Shown here in pieces: positions 51,997 to 62,197 of a stretch of 64,000 nucleotides of DNA. A program made the translations under genes and the position numbers. The stretch is from assembly GCA_038893355.1 (NCBI GenBank), contig JAWARQ010000002.1, positions 128,001-192,000 on the forward strand, in the 5' to 3' direction. Within the stretch, counting starts at the first letter, position 1; the number at the start of each line of letters is the position of its first letter. The notes below the pieces were generated by a model. That model made no database searches and was not told the DNA's origin. It saw only the letters and a list, made by a program, of their open reading frames with translations. The DNA is from Sulfolobaceae archaeon. GTDB taxonomy: Archaea > Thermoproteota > Thermoprotei_A > Sulfolobales > Sulfolobaceae.

Positions 51997-53240
51997 TCTA
52001 CATCACGTGGATCTACTATTTCACCCTTTAATGCTGAGGCAGCCGCTACTGCTGGTCCGCTTAAGAATACTTTTGCTTCCGGACTTCCCATTCTTCCTTT
52101 AAAGTTTCTAGAACTAGTAGAAAGAATATTCTCTCCTGGACCCGCTATACCAAAGTGACCACCCAGACAAGGCCCACAAGTACCGTAAGTTATTATGCAT
52201 CCTGCATCTGCTAGTATGTTTATATACCCCATTTCAATTGCTGTCTTAAACACTTGATAAGATGCAGGAATTACTATACATCTTGTCTTAACTTTTTTAC
52301 CTTTTAGTATTTTAGCGGCTACCTCAATATCACTTATTCTTCCATTAGTACAAGAACCTATAAAAACCTGATCAATAGGTGTTCCCTCTAATTCTCTAGC
52401 TGCCTTAACGTTATCTACACTATGAGGTGCAGCAACTAGAGGTTCTAGTTTATTTAATTCTATCTCGTATTCATCAACATACTTGGCCCCTATATCTGGC
52501 TTTATTATAGGTGGCTCGTATCCCCTATTAGACTTAATATAATTTACGGTCTCCTCATCGGGTATAAACATTAGTGCATCTGCATTCATCTCAATTCCCA
52601 TATTAGCTACAGTAGCTCTATAATCCATTGGAAAGCTTGACGGCTTTTCTACATATACCTCTATACTCATTCCATTAAAGTAATCAGCCTTAAATTCTCC
52701 AAGTAACTTTAATGCGACATCCTTACCAGATATCCATTTTTGAGGTTCATTAGACAATTTAACCTTAAATGGTTGGGGAACAACGACCCATGTTTTCCCA
52801 GTAATTACTGCTGCAGCTATATCGCTAGCTCCCATTCCTTGTGCGAAAGCACCTACTGCACCAGAGGTCGAAGTGTGACTATCTGCAGCTACTACTACCA
52901 TCCCTGGATCTACGTATTTTTCTATAAGTAGTTGATGCAAAATTCCAGTATTTATGTCATGAAAATTGGGTATTCTTAAATCTTTAACGAACTTTCTAAT
53001 ATTTACTTGAATTTCAGCACTTCTTACATCTGGTGGTGGTGCTAAGTGGTCAAAGGCGATTATTAACTTATTCTTATTAAAAACTTTTAACATTCCAACT
53101 TTCTCCATAACTTCTATTACATGATATCCAGTAAGGTCATGAAAAGCTACGAGATCTACGTTTATTTCTACAACATCTCCTGGAGTTACTGTTTTATTAG
53201 CTGCTCTACTGAGTATTTTCTCCGTTAACGTTTGTGACAT
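51993..53240 (-). CDS. leuC: 3-isopropylmalate dehydratase/homoaconitase large subunit
   Basis: [33 protein letters not shown]. Confidence 0.92.
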   Translation of the reverse strand: MSQTLTEKILSRAANKTVTPGDVVEINVDLVAFHDLTGYHVIEVMEKVGMLKVFNKNKLIIAFDHLAPPPDVRSAEIQVNIRKFVKDLRIPNFHDINTGILHQLLIEKYVDPGMVVVAADSHTSTSGAVGAFAQGMGASDIAAAVITGKTWVVVPQPFKVKLSNEPQKWISGKDVALKLLGEFKADYFNGMSIEVYVEKPSSFPMDYRATVANMGIEMNADALMFIPDEETVNYIKSNRGYEPPIIKPDIGAKYVDEYEIELNKLEPLVAAPHSVDNVKAARELEGTPIDQVFIGSCTNGRISDIEVAAKILKGKKVKTRCIVIPASYQVFKTAIEMGYINILADAGCIITYGTCGPCLGGHFGIAGPGENILSTSSRNFKGRMGSPEAKVFLSGPAVAAASALKGEIVDPRDVE

Positions 53241-53370
53241 TAAATAGGAATTTGAAGTATTAGTAAATAAATATTTCAGTAATAGAAGGTTCGTAGATAA
53301 AACTTTAAATTATTATTTTAATTAATTTATTAACTTAATTCTGTTAAATTTTAAACTAAGTCATAAGAGC

Positions 53371-53498
53371 TATAGTGTCGACGTAGGGTATTTATATTTC
53401 TATATCTAAATAAGATATCCAAAACCTTATTTTAGCATCTACTCCTTATGGAGATTCTCGTTTTAATAAATTTATACCCTAATTACTACTACACTATA
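53371..53498. mobile_element. Degenerate MITE-like relic of the IS1/ISC796-like element
   Basis: Left end tatagtgtcgacgtagggtat and right end aatttataccctaattactactacactata match the IS termini at 60112 and 60960; no ORF; no clear TSD. Confidence 0.65.
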
Positions 53499-53545
53499 AC
53501 GAGAACTTAATAAAAACTTATATAATAATCTACTAATATTGTAAT

Positions 53546-54214
53546 ATGACAAGATTAACTGAAGAATTATGGTTGAGTATTAAAGATATTTATAACGCAA
53601 TTCTTAATCATCAATTTATAAAAGGTTTAATAGATGGTAGTTTAGAAGAAGAAAAATTCAAATATTATATTATTCAGGATTATTTATATTTAAAAGAATT
53701 TAGTAAGGCCTTGGCATTAGTCGCATCTAAGGCTCCTAAAGATGAATATAGAATAACCTTCTTGGAACACGGAATTCAAGCATTAATAGTTGAAAGAAAC
53801 TTACATTCTTCATTTACTAAAGTTTGGAATATAAATCCAGAAGAGTATGAAATGTCACCAACTAATTTAGCTTATACCTCATACCTTCTATCAGTAACCT
53901 CAACTAGGCCATTTAGTGAAGCATTAGCTGCTGTATTACCTTGTTATTGGATATATATGGAGGTAGGTAAAGAATTATTAAAGAAAGGTTCTCCTAATCC
54001 TCTGTATAGAAAATGGATAGAAACTTATGGTGGAGAAGAGTATGAAAGGGGTGTAAGGGCTGTACTAACAATAACTGATGAATTAAAATTAGATGAGAAT
54101 TCTAGAAGGGAAGTATTTAAGCATTTTAGAATAGCATCAATATACGAATATCTATTCTGGGACTCTGCATTTAGACTTGAGAAATTCCCCTTCCGAGTAA
54201 ATACTCTTGTGTAG
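53546..54214 (+). CDS. tenA: Thiaminase II / aminopyrimidine aminohydrolase
   Basis: [29 protein letters not shown]. Confidence 0.92.
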   Translation: MTRLTEELWLSIKDIYNAILNHQFIKGLIDGSLEEEKFKYYIIQDYLYLKEFSKALALVASKAPKDEYRITFLEHGIQALIVERNLHSSFTKVWNINPEEYEMSPTNLAYTSYLLSVTSTRPFSEALAAVLPCYWIYMEVGKELLKKGSPNPLYRKWIETYGGEEYERGVRAVLTITDELKLDENSRREVFKHFRIASIYEYLFWDSAFRLEKFPFRVNTLV

Positions 54215-55364
54215 CAATTACGCCATGGCCTAATTTTATAGGCTCACCTAACTTAGTAAGAATCCTTTCAATTGCTGCAACAGTAGATATTGCATCATTA
54301 TAATTTATCCATCCCATATGACCAATCCTAAAATATTTTCCAGCTAATTCAGGGTGGACACCAGGTGCAAATTCTACACCTTCTGATATGGAGTACTCTA
54401 AAAATTGACTGGAACTGACTTTAGAAAGTTTAACTGCAGTTACAGTATTACTACGTACACTTCTTTCCTTAGCTACTATTTCTAATCCCATAGCCTCTAT
54501 TCCAGCCCTTATTGCTTCTGCAATTACCTTATGTCTTTCAATTCTATTTTCTATACCCTCCTTTTCTATGAACTCTAAGGACTTCCTTAACATAAAAATT
54601 ATGTGAACTGGTAGTGTAGAAAAGTAAGCTGGTTTACCTGCCTCTAAACTTTCCATTACTGGAATCCAGTTTTTGAGATTTAAAAAGAAGCCTGAAATTG
54701 AATCTTCAGAAACCTGACTTATTGCATCTTGAGAAATAATTAATAAGCCTAACCCAGCTGGGCATCCTAGTGCCTTTTGAGATGCTGTAATTACTACATC
54801 TATTCCCCACTCTTTCATTTTAATCTCTTCAGCACCAACACTCGAAACACCATCGACTACAATAATTTCTGCATTTCCTCTAACTACCTTTATAACATCC
54901 TTTATTGGCTCTCTTACTCCAGTGCTAGTTTCTACATGAGTAAATGTGATTAATTTATAATTATTTTTACTAAATTTTTCTAATTCATCCTCTCTTACAT
55001 ACTCACCAGCTTTAGCTTTTATAACGTCAACTTGAACGGGGTATCGTTTAAATAAATTTTCCCATCTATCACCAAAAACTCCATTAGAAACTACTAATAC
55101 CCTATCATTTCTCTTTAACATGGAAGTTACAGCTTCCATTGCCGCAGTACCACTCCCTGGTAACATTATTACTCTATAACTCTCGTCTGCCCACACTAAT
55201 TTTCTCAAGGATTTGAGGACATAGCTACTAGCTTCAATAAATTCTCTCGAGGTAAATCCTACGTTAGATTTTACCCCTGAAAGCAGAACGTCTAAATCTA
55301 TATTTACTGGACCAACATGCATCAGAAGTCTTCTTAACTCGTTAGTGTAAGACATAGATTTCAT
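54171..55364 (-). CDS. Class V PLP aminotransferase (serine-pyruvate/alanine-glyoxylate type)
   Basis: [35 protein letters not shown]; start moved to ATG 55364. Confidence 0.9.
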   Translation of the reverse strand: MKSMSYTNELRRLLMHVGPVNIDLDVLLSGVKSNVGFTSREFIEASSYVLKSLRKLVWADESYRVIMLPGSGTAAMEAVTSMLKRNDRVLVVSNGVFGDRWENLFKRYPVQVDVIKAKAGEYVREDELEKFSKNNYKLITFTHVETSTGVREPIKDVIKVVRGNAEIIVVDGVSSVGAEEIKMKEWGIDVVITASQKALGCPAGLGLLIISQDAISQVSEDSISGFFLNLKNWIPVMESLEAGKPAYFSTLPVHIIFMLRKSLEFIEKEGIENRIERHKVIAEAIRAGIEAMGLEIVAKERSVRSNTVTAVKLSKVSSSQFLEYSISEGVEFAPGVHPELAGKYFRIGHMGWINYNDAISTVAAIERILTKLGEPIKLGHGVIATQEYLLGRGISQV

Positions 55365-55386
55365 GTAAATAGTAAGGTTAAAAATA

Positions 55387-56466
55387 TTATGAAACTGGCA
55401 CTGAAAGATAGTTTGATGCAATAGTTCCTATAGTATGAGTAGTAAGTGCGGCAGCTATAGCAAGAACGCTCATTTTAAGTCCCTTCTTAACAGGATTACT
55501 TTCACTAAGAATGCCTATTATATACCCAATTATAAACGTAAATAGACCAGTTACTGCATAAGAAATAAGGAGACCAGTAATTCCTGGTAATCCGATAAGG
55601 AAAGGTATTACTGGAATTATTGCACCAATAATATAAGATATACCAGTAATCCCCGCACTCTTAGTGGGACTTTCGGAAGACTTAGGAGCTATAATGTCCT
55701 CAGCAACATCATATAATTTTTTCGCTACTATTTCCACATCTTTTGATTTAATTCCAAATGCTTGTAAATTTCTCTTTAAACTCTCTATTACTAAAGAAGA
55801 GTCGATTTCCTTTTGAGCCTCTATCTTCTTTCTCCTTGCACGGTTTATCTCTACTTCAGATTCAGTGGAAAGATAAGAACCGATAGTCATAGATAGAGTA
55901 CCGGCTATGCCGACAATAATTCCCCCGATTGCAACTAATAATGGATTTAGTAATATTCCAGCTAAACCAGAAACTGCAGCAAGAACTTCTATAAGTCCAT
56001 CACTTATTCCATACACGAAATCTCCTATATCTTTTGACCTAGATTCAGTTAACGATAACATCTCCTCATGAACTACTTCGTCAATTAATATTTTCTCAAG
56101 TTCTTTCTTCTCCTCCTCAGAAATCTCTTGATGAGCTAATAAATTCTTATATTTTTGAACATCTTTGATCTCTTCCCTCTCTAATAGCTTTATAACTAAT
56201 CTTGTTCCAAATATTTTTCTTATTAAAATAAAAAAATTTAATTTTAATCTATCAAATGGATCCAATTTTTCTAATTCTATTTTATGAGACTCTGCCATTC
56301 TTCTCCAAAATTCTGAGTGAGATCTTTCGATATCGGACAATCTCTTTAAAACATTTCTAATTTCAGCATCTTTTTCTACTTTAGTCAAGGCTTCGTAGAG
56401 CATAAAACCAATGAGCTCGTCCTTATAACTATGCCTTATAATTTCATTAATACTAGACTTCTGCAT
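55387..56466 (-). CDS. Rubrerythrin-like domain fused to a VIT1/CCC1 transporter (MbfA-like iron exporter)
   Basis: ExxH pairs (ERSH, EVVH), then [30 protein letters not shown]. Confidence 0.88.
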   Translation of the reverse strand: MQKSSINEIIRHSYKDELIGFMLYEALTKVEKDAEIRNVLKRLSDIERSHSEFWRRMAESHKIELEKLDPFDRLKLNFFILIRKIFGTRLVIKLLEREEIKDVQKYKNLLAHQEISEEEKKELEKILIDEVVHEEMLSLTESRSKDIGDFVYGISDGLIEVLAAVSGLAGILLNPLLVAIGGIIVGIAGTLSMTIGSYLSTESEVEINRARRKKIEAQKEIDSSLVIESLKRNLQAFGIKSKDVEIVAKKLYDVAEDIIAPKSSESPTKSAGITGISYIIGAIIPVIPFLIGLPGITGLLISYAVTGLFTFIIGYIIGILSESNPVKKGLKMSVLAIAAALTTHTIGTIASNYLSVPVS

Positions 56467-56506
56467 TAAAGCTAATTTAGAATCCCTATTATTTAAAAGT
56501 TTCTAT

Positions 56507-57935
56507 AAACTCCCCAGTTTTGGAGTATAGATTATAAATGGATCGAAAGAATACTACTCCATAAATACTGACGAGGAAATTATTTTCTCTAATTTCTCCC
56601 TATCTATTACATCTACAATCTTCTTTATACCCCCTCTCCTACCAAAATTTTCTACCCTAATTTTCAATAATCCAAACATTTCTAACTCATTCAGTATCTC
56701 CGCATATCTTCTATACGAAATAACCCTTACACCCATTTCCTCAGCAATTTGCTTATAAATTTGATAAGAATTAACTGCAATGTTATCTTTCAGAACAGAC
56801 ATCAGAACTAACTTATAATGAACCGGTAAATCTTTTACCGCTTCTACTACTTTCTCTCTTTCATATTCTTGATAAGCAATATCAACATGTCTTTTCTCTA
56901 TTTTATCTGAACCTTCTCGTGATGCAACCATTGCAGCCCTAAATAATAGCTCTACTGCTTTCCTAGCATCTCCATGCTCAGATGCCGCTATTGCTGCAAT
57001 GTAGTTTATTATCTCCATATCCCAAACATTAAGGCCAGCCTTCGCATATCTAACAAGAATGTTAGACAGCTGCTGTGCATCGTAAGGATTAAATAAAATC
57101 GTAGGTCCTAAACTCGAGAGCACTCTAGGATCCATCCCTTCCCTCACATTAAGATCATTACTTATCATAATAACTGATAAAGGAGCATCAACTCTAAGTA
57201 ATTGATAAAGTACATCATCACCGTCCTTCTTCTTCACTAGAGCGTCTATTTCGTCTAAATACATTATTGCCTTTTTATTTTTCATATAATCTTTCATGAA
57301 CTTAATATAATCTGCAGTACCCAAACCTCTTCTAGGAATATCCCTTTTTGAAATCTGAGTAGCTAAAGAATGAAGTACTGCACCCTTATTCCCACCCATT
57401 TCCTTGCAATTAACATAAGCTTGTACTACAGAAGTATAATCTCTATCCTCCTTCTTTACTTTCTCTATTTCCCTCATCACAAATTTGGCTACAAAAGTCT
57501 TCCCAGTACCAGTTAAACCTAAAAATAGAACGGAAAATTTTGTACCAGCCTTCACAAAAGATTTTATATACACTGCAACTTGTTCCAATATATCTTCTCT
57601 ATAAGGTATATCGTTAAATACAGTAAGAGGATCTTTAAATACAGTAGGATCTTTAATTATTCGCTTTAAATCACCTTTCAGCTTTTCCCTAAACACAATT
57701 ATACTTCTGAAATTTAAGTATATCAAAGGTTCTCCCGATTCTTCCGTAAGAATCTGTATCAAAAGCTTCAGAGGTATCACTTGTTTTTATTTTCCACTAA
57801 AGTATTATTACAGTAAAGTTCTCCCGATTCTTTGACAATCTTTCCGTAATATTTTTTCAAAAAATACAGAAGAACCTTAAAGATATTATCAAAGATCCAA
57901 CAAAAAGGCTAAACTATTTAAAAACTGGGGAGTTT
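56507..57935. repeat. Perfect 15-bp inverted repeat bracketing orc1-3
   Basis: aaactccccagtttt (56507-56521) is the reverse complement of aaaactggggagttt (57921-57935). Confidence 0.9.
56554..57696 (-). CDS. cdc6-3: Replication initiator Orc1/Cdc6, Sulfolobales Orc1-3 (Cdc6-3) type
   Basis: GLTGTGKT, YLDEID, ISND, PRVLSSLG, HGDARKA, winged helix with GRRGG; N-terminus closely resembles the recalled Cdc6-3; start moved to GTG 57696. Confidence 0.9.
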   Translation of the reverse strand: MFREKLKGDLKRIIKDPTVFKDPLTVFNDIPYREDILEQVAVYIKSFVKAGTKFSVLFLGLTGTGKTFVAKFVMREIEKVKKEDRDYTSVVQAYVNCKEMGGNKGAVLHSLATQISKRDIPRRGLGTADYIKFMKDYMKNKKAIMYLDEIDALVKKKDGDDVLYQLLRVDAPLSVIMISNDLNVREGMDPRVLSSLGPTILFNPYDAQQLSNILVRYAKAGLNVWDMEIINYIAAIAASEHGDARKAVELLFRAAMVASREGSDKIEKRHVDIAYQEYEREKVVEAVKDLPVHYKLVLMSVLKDNIAVNSYQIYKQIAEEMGVRVISYRRYAEILNELEMFGLLKIRVENFGRRGGIKKIVDVIDREKLEKIISSSVFME

Positions 57936-58193
57936 GCTACATAAGTATTTCCTAAGAGTCCAGTACAGGTTAAATAAGTTGAGATTTATTAATACCTTTT
58001 TCTCTATAGTTCCTTTTTAACTACTAGACAGAGTAAAGTTCCTAAGTTTCTGTTGCAAATTAATACTAATAAGGTTGTTTGTATAATATAACTATGCCGT
58101 GTTATTCTTACAAACGACTAAAACGTAGGAACTTTAGTATCTGTACTTACGTTGTAAATTCATAAATGAATTTAGTATTATCCAAATTCTAAC
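57697..58193. other. Probable replication origin (oriC2-like)
   Basis: About 500-bp non-coding gap upstream of orc1-3. Contains a 15-bp direct repeat (57729, 57818), ORB-like TTAGTGGAAA (minus strand, ~57791-57800), an 18/22 inverted repeat (58034-58055 and 58115-58136) around an AT-rich spacer, and a palindrome at 58155-58174. Confidence 0.7.
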
Positions 58194-59243
58194 CTACCTC
58201 TTAAATTGTATTACCTTATAATTCTCCCCTTCCTTAATTACCTTATTTTCTAGGACAAATTTAGGACATTCTGACTTACACTTTGAAATAGGTGGGATAT
58301 TCTTATCAAAAACTACTATTACTTCATCATACAAAGCTTTTATGTCTTCTACTAACCTCTCTATTACGTTATAACTCATCAATACTGGTATTGAATCAAT
58401 TTCATGAAATCTAGCTTGTTTAAGTATAAAATTAAGGTTTGGATCCTCTTGCCAAGCTCTTTTCAGCTCAGTTATATTAGTATTATGAAAGTTTCTAGCT
58501 AACACAAATATAGGTAAAATCACAGTATCATAGTTACTCATAATTTTGTTTTTAATAGTATTTTTAGTAATTTGATTTATTTTTTCTAATCCAATCTTCA
58601 TGTACTCGTATGCGATATCTTTATCAAATAGTTTATCCTTATCATAATTTAAATGAAAGTATTCTAATAACCATAAATGAAACTCAACTATTTCATTTAT
58701 CTTATCAAAAACTATATCATTTACTACTATTTCCTTAGCCCTAGTAAATATAGAGAATCTGTTTAAAGTTTGGGCAAATAACGCTTGATTCGCTATGAAT
58801 ACCTTCTTATTCTCTATAAATTCACTTAATCCTTTAAGTTTAAAGTACCCTTCTGGCGATATTTCTAATGGATGAAATCCAAGACCAATAATCATTCCTT
58901 CCTGCGGATCAGCATATGAGTACTGGACTATCCTATAGTAGTCAAGAAATTGTGACTCAGGATACCATTCAGAATACTTCTTTAAACCTTCTTGCTTTAT
59001 ACCGTCTTTAAGTAACAAAATCTCATTTAGTAATTCCTTTGAATCCTTATATTCTTCTGCGATTGCACCGTAGGGTATGAGTATTGGTTCTCCGTATAAA
59101 GGTACGGAAAATTTCAAACCATACAACTTCATTAAATCAGGTAAGTTACTATCAAACAAGGTTTTTATTACCTTTCTATTTAATAACGGTAAGTGATCAA
59201 TGTGATATATTTTTTTAATCTTCTTCTTAAATAAGAATGACAT
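58194..59243 (-). CDS. Hypothetical protein
   Basis: 349-aa ORF; no motif recognised. Confidence 0.8.
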   Translation of the reverse strand: MSFLFKKKIKKIYHIDHLPLLNRKVIKTLFDSNLPDLMKLYGLKFSVPLYGEPILIPYGAIAEEYKDSKELLNEILLLKDGIKQEGLKKYSEWYPESQFLDYYRIVQYSYADPQEGMIIGLGFHPLEISPEGYFKLKGLSEFIENKKVFIANQALFAQTLNRFSIFTRAKEIVVNDIVFDKINEIVEFHLWLLEYFHLNYDKDKLFDKDIAYEYMKIGLEKINQITKNTIKNKIMSNYDTVILPIFVLARNFHNTNITELKRAWQEDPNLNFILKQARFHEIDSIPVLMSYNVIERLVEDIKALYDEVIVVFDKNIPPISKCKSECPKFVLENKVIKEGENYKVIQFKR

Positions 59244-59376
59244 GTATTATCCTTTATGTTATTTCTAAAAAAGTTTATGTTAGCAGTAGTAAATCTCTAT
59301 TTACAAATTAACGTATAAATAATTTCTACTTTACTGGATGTGATTATTCTTAATAATGTGTTAGTAAATAATTAAG

Positions 59377-59829
59377 TTGATGATGTATTGGCTAATACCA
59401 ATTCAAGAGGATATGTGGAATGTAATATTAAATCAAGGAGTTTATGGCCATAATAGAAAAATTATTATAAATTATGTAAAAAAAGATGATTATCTAATAA
59501 TATATGTAAGCAAATATTATGCTAAGAGGTATGGAGGAAAGATTGTAGGGATAATGAAAGTTGTGTCGGATTGGTATACGGACGAAAAGCCAATATATCC
59601 AGAGGAGGTAGTAAGGGGTAAAGGAGTTTATATATATAGAGTAAAAGTAGAACCAGTATTGATAGGCGAGTGTGATTTGAAATCAATACTATCTAAACTA
59701 ACTTTTATAGAGGATAAGTTTCAATTACCAAAGTACTTAAGAAACGCTCCTGCTAATATGAGAAGACCAATACCAGAAAATGATGTAAAATTAATTGAAG
59801 AGTGTTTAAGGCAGCAAACATCTTATTAG
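59377..59829 (+). CDS. EVE domain protein (PUA-like)
   Basis: YWL......W......GVYG, D.LIIYV, IVGI.KVVSDWY.D, YRVK. Confidence 0.85.
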   Translation: MMMYWLIPIQEDMWNVILNQGVYGHNRKIIINYVKKDDYLIIYVSKYYAKRYGGKIVGIMKVVSDWYTDEKPIYPEEVVRGKGVYIYRVKVEPVLIGECDLKSILSKLTFIEDKFQLPKYLRNAPANMRRPIPENDVKLIEECLRQQTSY

Positions 59830-59936
59830 TAATACAAAATTTATCATTATTATATTATCTATTAAACTATAAAATGATAAATTCTTGAAAATTTAGCTAC
59901 AATAAGCTATTTATTTGGCTTTACGAAATTTAGATT

Positions 59937-60011
59937 GGGCCCGTCGTCTAGCCTGGTTAGGATGCCGCCCTCACACGGCGGAGATCCTGGGTTCAAATCC
60001 CAGCGGGCCCA
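59937..60011 (+). tRNA. tRNA-Val(CAC)
   Basis: GGGCCCG...CCGCC CT CAC AC GGCGG...CTGGG TTCAAAT CCCAG CGGGCCC A; no intron. Confidence 0.95.
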
Positions 60012-60102
60012 TAATTTTAAACTTTTCTGCTTTGGGAGAAAAGAACATAAATGTAACAAGAAACGTAAAAAGCAACATTATGAATAAATTTACGAGTTCC
60101 AG

Positions 60103-60969
60103 CAGTCTGGAGATAGTGTCGTCATTAGGGTATAAATTCTGGGATTAATTTTCTCTCCCATAAGACTAGTGCTATGGAGTACTTTATCATGCTTATGCTC
60201 CTATTTACTGCCTTTGTTGCCCTCTTGAAGCGTACAAGCCTATCCCTTAGTGAGGAATGAAGCCCCTCGTTGGGGCGTTCAGTAATAAATCTTTCGGTCA
60301 TACTTCAAGCATAGTACTAGCTAACATTGCCACGTGGGCCTATATAGGTTAACCAGCGAGACAACCGTGTGATCCTTTAACCAAAAGTAAACGTTGTAAT
60401 CATCACTCACCCACCTACCATCATCTGGCAAGTACATTTTAACCTCACGAAAAGTATTCTCATTCCTATCATCCACAGAGTAAATTATGTATAACCCTAG
60501 CCTAGTGTACACATAACAAGTAAACACCCACTTGTAGAAAGCCCTAGTGTTTCTATGTCCACATCTCATCAACAACCTTAGTAACAACTTTACCCTTAAC
60601 AAACTCCTTAGCCCTACTCCACAAGTCCACTAGCTTCTCGTGCCTCTGCTTACCATAACGCTTAACCCAAGTGAAAACAGTACCCAAAGGCACATTAAGA
60701 ACCCTAGAAATAGCCCTCATACCATTAGAATACATCCTCAAAGCCAACTCCCTAACACTCTTATGATAATGATGCCTAGAAGCATCACCCAAAAAACGCT
60801 TACCACAAACCCTACACTTCTGCCTACCCCAAGACTTACCACACTTAACAACATGATGACTACCACAAGAAGGACAAGCTATATCATGCCTAATTATAGG
60901 CTTCCTACCCATAAGTAATACTCATAATACAAGAATTTATACCCTAATGACGACACTATCTCCAGACTG
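60103..60969 (-). mobile_element. Decayed IS1-family (ISC796-like) element with 38-bp perfect terminal inverted repeats
   Basis: cagtctggagatagtgtcgtcattagggtataaattct at 60103-60140 and its reverse complement at 60932-60969; flanks agttccag and agttacag. Confidence 0.9.
60125..60912 (-). pseudogene. IS1-family transposase pseudogene
   Basis: Zn ribbon CPSCGS..C..C and HTH, VDEMWT followed by a frameshift, then SDDYNVY, a 73-bp insertion, and C-terminal PNEGLHSSLRDRLVRFKRATK...EFIP*. Confidence 0.9.
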
Positions 60970-61281
60970 AGTTACAGTAAGGTATCAAAAATAAACTGAT
61001 ATAGATGATATCTATATATCTAGAAAAAAGAATTTAGTGTAATATAAGTCTCTTTCATTAAATTATTATCTCTTTAGCTAACTAATTTTTCTAGCTCCGT
61101 ATACTTAAAAATTAATATATATAAATAAAAATTGATAACCTATTATTTAATATTCTCCTAGCGCAGCTAATAATAGGTAATACTCTATATCAACTATACC
61201 ATCATTTTCGTAATACATAATTTACTCCTTTATTTCACTATTTATAAATAATTGCCTAATTATCTAATAGACAAAAGTCTA

Positions 61282-61719
61282 TTAGAATCGAGCCCATACA
61301 AACTTATAACTTAATAAGAATCTTATTATAAATGCACTTATTATTCCAATTAAGTTAATAATAAGAATTATTGACGGAAGATGAGAATAAGAACTAAGTA
61401 ATATTAATAAGGCTTGATCTCGCCAACCTACTACAATTAGCAAGAGTACTATCATATATTGTATGATACCACCAACTACCGCTGTAATATGAAACCTAAT
61501 TAGCCTCTTTCCAAAATTTCCGAATCTTCTGTCTTTAAAGGTCCACACGTCATTAAGTATGAAGTTGAATATTATTGATATCTCTATTGAGAAGATCAAC
61601 GAAATTGCTATTGGAAAGATTTTAGTGAAGAGATAAAGAAGACCTTCATTAACTATAGTGCCCAATGCACCTACTATTCCGAACTTTACTAGCCTTAAAA
61701 TTAATTCTTTCTTTGACAT
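61282..61719 (-). CDS. GtrA family membrane protein
   Basis: KFGIVGALGT.VN, NF.LND.WTFKDR, C-terminal KFVW. Confidence 0.9.
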   Translation of the reverse strand: MSKKELILRLVKFGIVGALGTIVNEGLLYLFTKIFPIAISLIFSIEISIIFNFILNDVWTFKDRRFGNFGKRLIRFHITAVVGGIIQYMIVLLLIVVGWRDQALLILLSSYSHLPSIILIINLIGIISAFIIRFLLSYKFVWARF

Positions 61720-61784
61720 TCATAAATTCTGCGTAACTGCAATATAAAAATTCTTTCATCATATAACAAAAATTATTTTTAATT

Positions 61785-62063
61785 TTAATTGATTTTCTTA
61801 AGTCTTAATAATAATGTACCGTAGTGATATTCTTTATGAAGTATATTGGGACTAAGTATTATGTCACTTCTAATTTTAATTATTTTTATTATATTATTTG
61901 ATTTAACATCATATAAATATATCTTATTTTTATCTATTTTAATATCAATTCTATCTAATTTTAAATCTCTACCTCTTAAGTCCACGTAAACCTCTATATA
62001 ATCACCTATCTGTAGAATTTCTACGTCTGGATCTTCATCTTGTTGAATTATGGATGGTGTCAT
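61785..62063 (-). CDS. Hypothetical protein, Hsp20/alpha-crystallin-like
   Basis: DV....DYIEVYVDL.G and Y.YGTL.LRLKK resemble the sHsp fold. Confidence 0.6.
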   Translation of the reverse strand: MTPSIIQQDEDPDVEILQIGDYIEVYVDLRGRDLKLDRIDIKIDKNKIYLYDVKSNNIIKIIKIRSDIILSPNILHKEYHYGTLLLRLKKIN

Positions 62064-62197
62064 AGTAATTACAATTATAAAAATGTAATCTAGGGTATAA
62101 AAGTCAAATTTCTATAAATAATACGTGTTAATGACAAGGGATGTATTACCTTGCCTACTACCTTTTAAGTAATTGAAAGTTAAGATATATACTGACC

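Noticed and set aside
57697-57780. 28-aa N-terminal extension of Orc1-3 in the ORF track
   Set aside because: Overlaps promoter and origin repeats; similarity to Cdc6-3 begins at GTG 57696
59915-60148. 77-aa ORF in the track
   Set aside because: It spans tRNA-Val and the IS left end; spurious
59937-61280. Integrated virus or plasmid at tRNA-Val
   Set aside because: No integrase and no repeat of the tRNA 3' half seen; only the IS relic follows
61720-61765. Minus-strand ATGATGA box C-like motif
   Set aside because: No D boxes; the region is the gtrA promoter
62088-62102. tagggtataaa match to the IS terminus
   Set aside because: Only 11 bp with no partner end; explained as the TATA box of the divergent gene
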